Source: Chrysomallon squamiferum (lineage: Eukaryota > Animalia > Mollusca). From it: a stretch of DNA of 64,000 nucleotides. How positions within the stretch are numbered: the first letter of the stretch is position 1; every line of letters starts with the position of its first letter. The stretch is from the NCBI GenBank assembly GCA_012295275.1, contig CM022676.1:3162001-3226000 (forward strand), read 5' to 3'. The notes beneath the pieces are model-generated. The model saw only the letters and a list, made by a program, of their open reading frames with translations, did no database searches and was not told the DNA's origin. Below are positions 12,778 to 24,558 of this stretch, in pieces. The position numbers and the translations under genes were made by a program.

Positions 12778-13050
12778 GTATATCATGATTCAGTATTAGT
12801 ATATCAGTAAGCCTTATGTTATTATTCATTATTATATAATCATTATTCAGTATTAGTATATCATGATTCAGTATTAGTTCATCATGATTCAGTACTAGTA
12901 CATCATGATTCAATATTAGTACATCATGATTCAGTACTAGTACATCATGATTCAGTACTAGTACATCATGATTCAGTATTAGTATATCATGATTCAGTAT
13001 TAGTTCACCATAATTCGGTGTTTATATACCATGATTCGGTATTAGTTTAT
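12778..13050. repeat. 21-bp minisatellite (AGTACATCATGATTCAGTATT-like), about 11-12 degenerate copies
   Basis: Recurring CATGATTCAGTA at 21-nt spacing. Confidence 0.9.
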
Positions 13051-13454
13051 CATATTTAATATTTTAATATTAGTGTTTCTTTATTCAGAATTAACACATC
13101 ATTATTGAAACTAATCAAAACCTTAATAAATATTCAAAATTTCAATCTAAGAAGCATGCTGTTAGAGATTTCTGTTCTCAGTAAAATGTGGCATATTCTC
13201 TCCTACATTTTATAAAAAATATTATTAACTATTATCCTGAAGACACTAACATACACATTCAACAATAATGTATCCTGGTGACATTAACATACACCGTGTA
13301 CCACGATTCAATGCTGTGTAAATCCTATATGACAAAATAATACATATTTCATTATTAGCAAACACTGCTGTCTGTGATCTAACAATCACTCATTTGCATT
13401 GTGAAATCAGTCTGACTATTGTAACAAGAGATATATTTTAATATATAAAGTTAC

Positions 13455-13701
13455 CTGTCATGTGTGGGTTTTTTTTGTTTGTTTTTTTTGTTTTTCCTGT
13501 AGAACTTTCATCCAGTTTCAGCTAACCAGAATGAAACGAGTAATAATGTATTCCAATAACACGTGAATCACATCTCCAGAGAGAACAATCCACAACATGC
13601 AGCACTTTGGTAATCCTATCTTTTGGAATAATTTTACTGTTTAACACCAAACAGAGTCCATTCAGTTTTCAAGCTTCGTGCACATCTGCAGTCGATATAA
13701 T
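13455..13701 (-). ncRNA. Candidate host exon (247 nt, non-coding)
   Basis: atttttcag|att ... gacag|gtaact. Stops occur in all three frames. Confidence 0.55.
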
Positions 13702-15046
13702 CTGAAAAATCTCAAATCACATTTTTAATATGTAAAAATGAGTTCAAAATAATAAAAGTGATAATATGTAGTAACAGCAAGTATGTAACAATAACTAGGT
13801 AGTCTTGTTCTGAAAGGTTGTTGTAAACAGGTGGTTGCCAACTGGAAATTCTCTTTGTAATTCACTTGCAGTTGTCACAGACTAATAACTGTTGTGGAAC
13901 TAGCTAATTCAAAGAGTGGTTTAATGGGAAGGATGATTATTTTGCTGATGTGGTTATCAACCAAGGTCGTATTAGATTTATAAACTAGAGACATCACACA
14001 AATAATAAAACATCTCAAACCTAGGTGACATCAGACTTGAAACTAGAGACAATCACACAGATAACACAATAAACTGTTTTCCACACAAAATAACTGTCAG
14101 GTTTAAGAATGGTGTCACACAAGTGATGCAGCTATCAACTGAGCTAGCACTGTCTTTATAATTAGTCTTCAAACAGCTAGTACAGTCTACAGTGGATCTT
14201 TTCTAAAACAACAGACTGGTTTGACTAACAGAGTGTTACACAAATCAGATGGTTGCCAACTGATGTTTATTACTGAAAACTAGAGTTATTAAAAACACAA
14301 GTAATATAACACAGAGTTGAACCTCTATAACACAGTCGTATGGTTACACTAGAAGGATTGTTGAATCCATTTACATACCACATACTCATATAAAGGAGAA
14401 AATAGCCACCATGGTCATAATACAGGATGGTCTTAGTAGCAAGTTATTGTCAACCAAAGCTCAAAGCAGTTACAATTGAAATAAAGACAAAATACAAGAG
14501 AAGCTGGGAAATGCAGTAACCAGCTGTATTAAGGTCTGGGTATCACATTATTTGGGTGTACATAATTATTCAGATTGCTGCCAATTGAGAATCTGCAGAA
14601 TACATATCCAGACTTAACAGCTTGTACCTCTTTTTGTTTTTGCCTGAACCTACACATACAAAAATACTATAGAATCTTTACTGTATCTTTTAACATTTTC
14701 ATTAGTCCAGTACTACATGTCAGTTTCTACCTTTGGTAACAATTTCTGCATTACACGGAAATATTCAACTAGATAGTAAAGATGTTAAGATAACAAACAT
14801 CAAGAACTGGACAAAATCAACAATCAAACAGCCTTACATATCAAACTGTTATTTGGTAAAGAAACAAGTTATAGAAAATATCCCTCAAGTGTTATTTGAA
14901 AGAAGAACTTGACATGTTCCAGCTGGCAGAAGGTTCTGTTATTCAGAAAATTAGACACTGGTATAGTGAAGAAAACACTGAACAGATTTTAGGGGTTGTT
15001 TTTTTTTTGTGTTTTTTTTTTTCAATTCGTCTTTACCACAGCGACA

Positions 15047-15105
15047 TAGACTCATAGACACGAGCTTGCGACTTTCTGCACAACACAAGTTCGGATCTAC
15101 GGGTT
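15047..15105 (-). ncRNA. mir-100: pre-miR-100, downstream copy (mature 5p 15105-15084 AACCCGUAGAUCCGAACUUGUG)
   Basis: Exact 22-nt match to canonical miR-100-5p. 3p arm CAAGCUCGUGUCUAUGAGUCUA, loop UUGUGCAGAAAGUCG. Confidence 0.96.
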
Positions 15106-16546
15106 CATGAAACTAGGCAGTGTGTTGTGTCTAACTCTAAGACAGAAAGTGAGCAGTCTATACAACTATTCACGTTTCATGAACTCAACACAATCGGGTT
15201 AGTAATTCAACTCAACTCTCAGTGTTAGTGATTCAGCAAGCTTGGTTATAATGCAGAGAACTAAACTGCACAAAACACACAGTTTATGGAACAGAGGGAA
15301 ATGTTTCATGAATTCATCAGAACAATGTGTTATTAATGTTAGTCGGTGCTGAAGTGCAGCACTGTAGTAAGTTTTTATAAGACACTGTTTGAAACTGGTG
15401 CTCACAGAAAGTTAAATTTCCATGGCTGAATCCTTACATTTTCAATTCTGGAGCTATAACTGAGTAACTGAAATCTGAAGGAATCAGAAGTTATCTGTAC
15501 CAGACTAATAATTTTCTAAGTTAATTCAAAGACTTAAAAGTATTACTGCATGTTTCTAACTCTGCTATATGTTAAACAAAAACAAAAATAACAAAACAAC
15601 AACAGCAAAACAACAACAAGAAAAACCCCAACAACAAACAAAAATATAAATAAATAAATAAATTAATAATTAAAAAAATAAATAAATAAATACAAATAAA
15701 AAATAAAACCACACCAACACAATTCAATGTCTGGGTGTGAGTTTAATGTGAAGCCCGGTTGTTTCATCACCCGTGTCTATATTTAACCTGGCTGGTTCAA
15801 CTGAGCTATTATCTGTGTTTGTTCATGGGTGGAATCTCTGTAGCATATTTTAATAATCTGATGTAGACAGTATTGTGTAAGACAGCAGATATTACAATGC
15901 AGACACATGTTTTCATATCATCATGTCTGTTAACTGGAGACTATATCAATATAACATTTCAAACCATTTGTAAATCATGCAAGTTTCCGAAAATGTCTTC
16001 AGTTACTTTTAATGAAATTAAGCAGAGTTATTGAAATACTACAACATACCTGATATGTATGACATAATTAAATATAAAATATTTATGTTTATCACCCATA
16101 GCAACACTAACACAGTGACACACACACATACACTGTCTCTCTCTCTCTCCCCTCCCCCCCAAATACTTACAAATAAAATAAAAAAGTATACAGAGTATAA
16201 AACTTCTCTCATTTGACAATAATAAGAATGCAAAAATAAAACTGAAAATACATTAATAATATAAAATAATATAATATAAACAAAAAATAAAATAAAATAA
16301 AATAAAATAAAATAAAATAAAATAAAATGATAAAAGCATATTATCAACACTGGAAATTGTAAGAACAGTAAAATGAATTTTTGAATATTTCTTTTTAAAA
16401 AAAATAATGATGAGAAAGAAAAACCAGAGAAAGAGAGAAAAACGTTATCCTAAACTTTAAGCCAGAGACTGACAGAACGTCAGTTTACTTTGAGGAACTC
16501 TCCAGACTGTTATGCGAACTTGCAGATGTCGAATCTCGTGTCTCGG

Positions 16547-16614
16547 GGAAAGCTAGAAGGTTGTACAGTCCCCCTGTAGTGGTGTAATTCTCAACTATAC
16601 AACCTACTACCTCA
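16547..16614 (-). ncRNA. let-7: pre-let-7 hairpin (mature 5p 16614-16593 UGAGGUAGUAGGUUGUAUAGUU)
   Basis: Exact match to canonical let-7. 3p arm CUGUACAACCUUCUAGCUUUCC (16568-16547). Basal stem CGUGUUUUCGG/CCGAGACACG. CNNC motif (CGAC) starts 16 nt after the predicted 3' Drosha cut. Confidence 0.99.
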
Positions 16615-17296
16615 GTCCGAAAACACGAACACAACACATCCTCCACTCGGCCAATCAGAGACGCTTTTACACTAGTGCTAGGCAAAATGTGACCAATCGT
16701 AGGAGCTGTTATAATCATTTTGTGTGTGGTGCCAAAAATTAGAAATCAGTGGAAGTTAACTTAATTTTATTTTTAAAAAAAACAACAAAAAAATAAAAAA
16801 ATAAAAGTACAACAACAAAAAACCAAAAATAAGGTATAATCATAAACATAATAATAATAATCATAAACATAATAATAATAACAATAATAGTAATAATAAT
16901 AATTTAAACTAAGAAAAAGATCTTTACTGAAAATAACCAAAATAATCTGAAGATATATCAGAAAACCAATGTATTCCATGCCTTCATTTTTAATTAAAAC
17001 TGACAATTTATTATTAAAAAAAAAAAAATTATTATAAAAAAATAAAATAAATAAAAGAATAGAAATGATATCAAATACAATCTGAATAAGATTAATTATC
17101 TGAAGGAAATATAACATTTTAGAAAATAGTCTAGAAATGCATTTAGAAAATAAATAATAATAATTCTAAACTTTTAATAAAAATGAGACTAAAATTAACT
17201 AAAAAAATATAGAGTAAAGAAAGTGAGTATTGTATAAGAAATATAAAATAAAAAATACATGGGGTTTTTTTTCAGTTTGTTTTTACCTCAGCAACA

Positions 17297-17355
17297 TAGA
17301 CTCGTAGACGCGAGCTTGCGATTTTCTCCTCAACACAAGTTCGGATCTACGGGTT
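17297..17355 (-). ncRNA. mir-100: pre-miR-100, upstream (canonical-position) copy (mature 5p 17355-17334)
   Basis: Exact 22-nt match to miR-100-5p. 3p arm CAAGCUCGCGUCUACGAGUCUA, loop UUGAGGAGAAAAUCG. About 680 nt 5' of let-7. Confidence 0.97.
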
Positions 17356-17713
17356 CATGAAACTGGGCTGTGAATAACAATATAAATAAATAAATAAGAA
17401 TAAATGAATAAATAAATAAATAAATAAGAATGATAGAATAAAGGCAAAATAAAATAATAACTTATTATAAAAATATTTGAAAGTAATGATATATTTTTGT
17501 AAAATTCCCTTTCCAGTTATAACTGAATACAGCTAGTAACAGGAATATAAATAAATAATAAATAATAAATAAATCACATCATAAATCTGTTAAAAAAAGA
17601 AAAGAAAAGAAAAAGAAATAAAGAAAGAAAGAAAGAAGTAATAATTATTTAAACTGGTTATTCACTTTGCAGTTAAAATTGTACCCAAAACAGAAATATT
17701 AATCTATACTTAA

Positions 17714-17756
<43 letters not shown>

Positions 17757-18671
17757 GTCACATGCAGTCAAACACATACAAATACACATATGTATTATTT
17801 TTAAACACACTTATCAGCCTTTACGATTTTTAATACAGAAGAAAATTCAGAAATACTTCAGCCTGAAAGATTTTAAAGATTTCTGAACAGACACAACCAA
17901 CAACTAAATTAATTCTACTTTGAAATGTAGTAGCAGTAGTAATAGTATAGTAACATTAGTAGTAGTAGTAGTAGTAGTAGCAGCAGAAGTGTTATCAATA
18001 GAAGTAACTCCTGAAGCAAATAATAATGGAAAAAAAAAAAACAGTCAAACAATCAAAATTAAAAACAACCAACCAACCAACCAAACGAAAATGAATGAAT
18101 GAATGAATAAACAAACAAATAAGTAAATAAATAACAACACTGAAGTACATTATTTCAGCCCATATTGTTAACACTGTGTGTTTTACCATGGCGCTGAGAG
18201 AAGCTGGTTGGTCCATCCTTGTTGCTATTAGCGATGCGGAGACTAAATATAGAACTTATCAGTTAGGAATTGGCTAGACTCTTAAATTTGGTTACACAGC
18301 TGCTTGTACAAACAGTAAAAAGCCGAAATTTGGTTACATTTCCCTATCTAAATCCGTTTAGACAATTTTCATTTTCCCAAGTAATCTTCAATATTAAATC
18401 CAATTATCTCCCTTATCCAGATGCCGGCCTAGGTCAGTGCGTCTGGAAACACCGGGACACACACACTCCTTAAATGTGAAAACAACTCATTTTGATGCAT
18501 ATTTTATGTGTCTCTTGGAGCTAGTGGGTGGGTGGCTGTTTGCAGAAAACTGTGTTTTTTCTATAGTTCATTTTTTATTTATTTTCTTAAATCAATGTGT
18601 GGGTTTTTCAAACCTTTTCTAATCTGTTTTTAACTTCTGTTGTAAGGAAATGTCTTTCTCCCTGTTCCTTT

Positions 18672-18741
<70 letters not shown>

Positions 18742-18953
18742 ACACACACACACATCACACAAACACAGAGACATTTAATCAACCCCAGCAAAACAAGTAT
18801 GTCAACATGTTTTACCACCCATCCATCCATTCATTCTTCATTAAACAGTTTAATCACATGCATTATGAAAACAAATTCAAAACATCTCCCATTCTTATTA
18901 AAAATACTCTCTGTCCAGTTGTTATTATTTAAAAAAAAAACAATGATATATAG

Positions 18954-18985
<32 letters not shown>

Positions 18986-19018
18986 TTAGAGTTTTGCTTT
19001 AATTAAAGTATGTATACT

Positions 19019-19228
19019 TCCTTTTGCTTTGAATCTTGAAACAAGTCTGTCTCTGGTTGTTAAGAAATCCACCAGGCAGAAGGAAAGTAATTCCATAAAT
19101 TAATTTTCATAAATCCATAATGAAAAAAATAAAACCTCAGAAATCCAATTAAAGTACTGATGATTATTCTCTCGTGTAATTTCCGTTGTGTTCTGTTTAA
19201 TCAACTTGGTCAAATCTTCAAAAACATC
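19019..19228 (-). ncRNA. Candidate host exon just upstream of the mir-100/let-7/mir-100 intron (donor uncertain)
   Basis: Acceptor tttatgtttttcag|gat at 19229/19228. Only weak donors follow (e.g. gaa|gtatac near 19018). Confidence 0.35.
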
Positions 19229-20193
19229 CTGAAAAACATAAAATTTTAAATCAGGATTAAAACAATATTTCTCAGCTTCATAAGAAATTTTGTAAAAATG
19301 AATATCTTAGATTCTTAATCATTCTAACAATCTTAACAAAATTGTATCATATCAAGCACTGAGTACAGAGCACTGTTCTGTTTCTTCCTATTTTGGTTAC
19401 AAGGATAATGTAGGCTGACATTTTACTTTATTTTATAGATGTATTTTGTTCAGACATAATTAACAAGTGTATCAAAATAAGCAATTACAAAACAGTGACC
19501 TAGATTATATTTTTTTTTTTTGTATAATATTATTACCTTTAAATATATAAAAATGTCTTTGTGCTGTTTATTATGTTATTATTAACAATAAATAAAACAA
19601 TGGGCTAAAAGCATATAATGTGTTTAGTCTTTTTGTCTGTTCATCAAAGTTATGATTTAATAACCTCAACAACAGTTGCAGTAGTAGCAGTAGTAATAGT
19701 TGTAACAGTAAGAATAATAAAAACAACAATAGCAATAGCAATAATAAAAATAATAATTAAAAATAAGAAGAAGAAGAAGAAGAATAAGAAGAAGAAGTAA
19801 AAAAAGAAGAATGCACAATAATAATTAATAAAATAATAATAGCAGTAATAGTAATAATAATAATAATAACAAGTAACAGTAATAACTATAATCAGTATCA
19901 CAAATAACAACAGCAGCAGCAACAACAAACACTACTAATTTAGAAGAAAGACTATATGATTTGCTTGTACTATTATCACTGGTACAGTTTTACTGCTGTG
20001 ACTAGCATTCCTGTGCTAAAACTGCTGAGTAAGCGATGTTGTTACCACTGTAGATGTAATTAACATCAACAGCCACCACCACGCTGAATTCACATCAAGC
20101 TCAGTGTGTGTGTGTGTGTGTGATCTCAGTTGTTGCAGTGCCTGGCATACGTAACACAACAGTGTTCTTCTCTTGTTCAGCATTTTATTATTA

Positions 20194-20341
20194 CATTCAA
20201 CAATACTTGTCTATCCTCCAGTTACATACATTCAACAATACTTGTCTATCCTCCAGTTACATACATTCAACAATACTTGTCTATCCTCCAGTTACATACA
20301 TTCAACAATATTTGTCTATCCTCCAGTCACATACATTCAAC
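20194..20341. repeat. 35-bp tandem repeat, about 4 copies
   Basis: CATTCAACAATACTTGTCTATCCTCCAGTTACATA starting at 20194, 20229, 20264 and 20299. Confidence 0.95.
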
Positions 20342-21537
20342 ACCTTGACTATTCCACTGTAAAAACTTCTTAGGTTTTGTTTAAAAAATATTTTACATTA
20401 TACAGACAGACAGATAGATAGATAGATTCTTATAGTGATATTCCATTGTAAAAAATCTTACTATTTTGTTTAAAAAATACTTTACATTATATAGATAGAT
20501 AGATAGAAGGACAAAGAGTCAGACAGTTATAATCTCACATATTAAGTTGTAAAGGTATGTTCTTTTTATTTATTTATTTATTATTATTACATTATTAATT
20601 GTCCTGCACATTAGTTTGTCCAATATACTGATTGTTCTAAATTATCTTGTATATTTACAATAGGAAACAGCCCAAAACAATTACTAATTGTGTAACTTAT
20701 TAACATATTTTGGAGGAAAATAAAATAATAATAATAATAATAATAATCATAATAATCATAATAAATGTACTAATAATAAACAAAAACTAATAATAAAAAA
20801 ATAAATTAAATTAAATTAAACTAAAACATTAAAAATTAAAAAGGAATAATTAAACAAATATTTCACTTTACAAGTGTCATCCAAATTACTGAGAACTAAC
20901 GTGGACATTTTCCAGAAACTTTTAATTATTCCTGCATACTTGTGAAAGAGAGAAAATGACAAAGACTCACAATTTAACATGGCTATGTCAAATGAATATA
21001 AAAATATTCTTAAATGCAAGCTATTATCAGATGTGAAATAATAACTGAACACACACACACACACACCAATATAAATCTACTTTTTTTTTTTTTTTTTGAC
21101 AACAACCAGGATATATTTTACTTCTCATTCCATTCCTCTTACTTACATGCACATGCATGCACACACTTCCACCCCCACATCCCTCCTACACACTGAACAC
21201 CCCCCTAAACAGATCCACCCACCCACACATACATACTCAGACCATACACATAAAAGATATTTTATCTATCCAATCAACAGAAAAAGCGGCAACACATTGC
21301 AGTATCTTTATTATTTAAAATTATAATGATAATAATAAAATAAAAAAAAATTAAAAAAAGGTAGACAGGTAATTAACACACCTGCATTACTCACACGGAC
21401 AAATCAATATGTCTGCATTTTTATCACCTGCTATAACCTGCTGACACAGAGCTTTATTTTTAAATTTGTTTCAATTCACCTCGTGGACTGTAAGGTTCCA
21501 GGATCAAATCCTCAGGATCTGACCTTACTTATAACCA

Positions 21538-21780
21538 ACTGATACTGTAATAAAATCTCTCTTCTCTAACATAGTGCTTATGTACTGTTTGTGGGCTGGT
21601 GTGTGTATATATACTGATACTGTAATAAAATCTCTCTTCTCTAACATAGTGCTTATGTACTGTTTGTGGGCTGGTGTGTGTATATATACTGATACTGTAA
21701 TAAAATCTCTTTTCTCTAACTAATAGTCTAACATAGTGCTTTTGTACTGTTGTTGTGGGCCAATGTATGTATGTATACAA
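21538..21780. repeat. 75-bp tandem repeat, about 3 copies
   Basis: ACTGATACTGTAATAAAATCTCT... at 21538, 21613 and 21688. Confidence 0.92.
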
Positions 21781-22038
21781 GTCTAGTGGTAACATCTGTT
21801 TTCATATTTAATACAGTTCTTATACAAATGTATGTTGTATTTCCACAGATTAAAACTGTATTCACTTGATTATGAAACAAAATATTCCATCCCTTCTGAT
21901 AACACACACAGACGAAAAGCTGAGTAATATTAAAACACTTAATACTGTTCAGAAATGTAAAATTCAAAACATTTTTCTCAATATCAGATCTGAAGCATTT
22001 TTCTCATACAAGCTGCAAAGCCAAAAGTTCATTCTGAC

Positions 22039-22320
22039 ACAAGATCTACAGCTTAGTTTGGATTGTGAAATATATGCTGTGATTATTCTGTCACTTGTAT
22101 ATTTAAACTTTTTAACTCAAATTTTTTCAAACAAGATCTACACTTAGTTTATTCTGAAATCTTTGCTGTGACTATTCTGTCACTTGTATATATATCTAAA
22201 CTTTCTAAAAAAACTCAAATTTTTATAATGACTGAATATCACAAAACTTAATTCTAACAAGATCTACACTCAGTTTAGCCTGAAATCTTTGCTATGACTG
22301 TTCAGTCACTGAGTTTGTAT
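22039..22320. repeat. Degenerate about 90-125-bp repeat, 3 copies
   Basis: ACAAGATCTACA...GAAAT...GCTGTGA...TCTGTCACTTGTATA recurs three times. Confidence 0.75.
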
Positions 22321-22342
22321 GGACATCAATTTGCAGCTCTTG

Positions 22343-22378
<36 letters not shown>

Positions 22379-22724
22379 ATATATGTATATATATATATGT
22401 TTTATTTTCTTTCAGCGGTAACAGTGAGAGATCAATAGTCTTTGTGTTGAGAACAGAATTACTTCATTTCAGCTGATTAACTGACAGACAGTCTCTAATG
22501 ATTAAGTCCTCACAATAAAAATATAACAGAGTCGCTGTTTGTTCTGTTTATTAGTTAACAGTTACTGTGTTGTTGTTCACGTGACAATGTCAGAGTCTGT
22601 AGCGTGGTGGTTAGGTCATCAGTCGTGGTGACCTCACTGGGCTCTTTCCTGTTCCTGCCAGTGCTGTATGAAGATTTTCAATATGAGTGTATATGAGAGA
22701 GAGCGAGAGAGAGAGTGAGAGCAA

Positions 22725-22784
<60 letters not shown>

Positions 22785-23157
22785 GAGATAAAGTGGAATG
22801 AAACAGTCCAAAAAAAATTAAAGTTTGAGTATAAAAATGAAAAAAAATATATATGAAAGATTTTATTTCACTGTTTGAGGGAAGGTGCACACAAGGGATC
22901 ACTTTCTGCTAAACAGTTTAGTAACCTCTGAAGGTTCCAACAGCTGCTTTTCTTTCTTTTATGAAAAAAAAAAAACAGTTAATGAGATGTTTGTTGTCTA
23001 ATGTTGTATAAATTATTTTCTGTCAAGTGGTTAGAAAAAAATAAAAATATAAAACTTCCTGCAAGACAGTAAGAAAAACTATGGTGATAACCGTGGTCCT
23101 TTCATTAAATACGCAGTGTCTAAAAGATTTATGTAGCATACCTTGAACACTGAATAC

Positions 23158-23206
<49 letters not shown>

Positions 23207-23677
23207 TCGTAATATGATCTTAAGAATATAAATAAAAAAAATAAAATAAAATAAAATATAATAACATAACAAACTAAATGTTAAATTTACAAGCAATATT
23301 AATAAAAATAAAAAATAAAATATATATATATATATATAAAAATCCTAAATTTAATTGTGTCTGCATTTATGAAAATCATGAATATTCATGATACACTGCT
23401 ATCCACATTAAGGTTTCGCATTTAAAAACTGTTATGTAAATAACAAATAATGTCAGCTTTTAAAACAAAATTACATCTGTCTGAAATCCATTAAACATTT
23501 ACCTGCACTATAATGACAGAAAATATATGTTAAGTTTTTTTATACAAATATTTTTATTTTAGCTCTTATTTCTGTGAATTCAATTTTACTTTTTTAATGA
23601 GAAAAAAAAGGTGTTTCCTAGCAAGGAACATTTTGAATGCATACCTTCTCACATATACTAAAGATGTACACTTAAAC

Positions 23678-23711
<34 letters not shown>

Positions 23712-24034
23712 TCTTATATACAAAAAAAAAAAAAATTAAGATATAAAAATAAAAAGATAAAAATTAAAATTGAAATAAATAAGATCCCTTTAAAAAATTA
23801 AAAATAAAAATATTATTATTATTTTTTTAATATTATCTGAACAAAAGTATTAATTAATTTAACTATCATTATTCTTAAATATCAAATAACAGAGAATACC
23901 CACCTTATTAAACGCCACCTTACGTACAATTCACACACCGTCAGATTTGTTTAGACCCAACACCTCTCACACACATAAACCCATTACAACTGACATTACC
24001 AATCACAACAAACCCAAACAACAACGGCAGCAGT

Positions 24035-24350
24035 TCTTACCTGTAATTCTCACCTGCCAGTCAGTCAGTCACTCAGTCACTCACTCACCTGCCAGCCAGA
24101 CTGTTCAAACGGAACAGGACTGAGCCAACTCCACTGCTCAGCGGCTTACCTTTCCACCTACAGACGGTGGCGGGAAAAACTGGGTCAGACCGTATCACCT
24201 GAATTAATCACTTAGCCTACACGTGTGTGCGGAGGGTGTGGTGTCTGGTCGCGCGTTCAGTCATGCACGGCAACGCTCTGCGCTATCGATTGGTCTGCGT
24301 CTGGGACATATTGAATACGTGCACTGTGACCATGCGTGTTGAAAGGTACC
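24035..24350 (-). promoter_or_regulatory. Candidate proximal promoter / first exon(s) of the miRNA host transcript
   Basis: CpG-rich island with CCAAT (24293-24289), DRE-like TATCGAT (24284-24290), E-box CACGTG (24220-24225), RORE-like AAACTGGGTCA (24177-24187) and Inr-like TCAGT near 24122. Four strong minus-strand donors (exon ends 24150, 24089, 24054, 24041). Confidence 0.55.
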
Positions 24351-24522
24351 GTATGTTCGAGTGAATAATAAAAAAAAAAAATAGATATAAAAAAAAATTA
24401 CTCAGACATTTGTTTGTCAATAATTGTTTACCTGGCTGACACTTGTATACCAGGCCAGACACGTTTGATTTAAGTATTTCGTCTGCATTAATAAATCAAT
24501 AAAAAAAATATATATACATATA

Positions 24523-24558
<36 letters not shown>

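Noticed and set aside
13503-13570. Plus-strand acceptor (tttttcctgtag) suggesting an antisense coding exon
   Set aside because: All three frames stop within about 65 nt and no partner plus-strand exons were found.
16485-16718. 77-aa ORF overlapping let-7
   Set aside because: An incidental frame through the miRNA hairpin with no coding features.
15030-17372. The 15.0-kb and 17.3-kb duplicated segments as a dispersed transposon-derived repeat
   Set aside because: Both contain the exact mature miR-100 and fold as pre-miRNAs.
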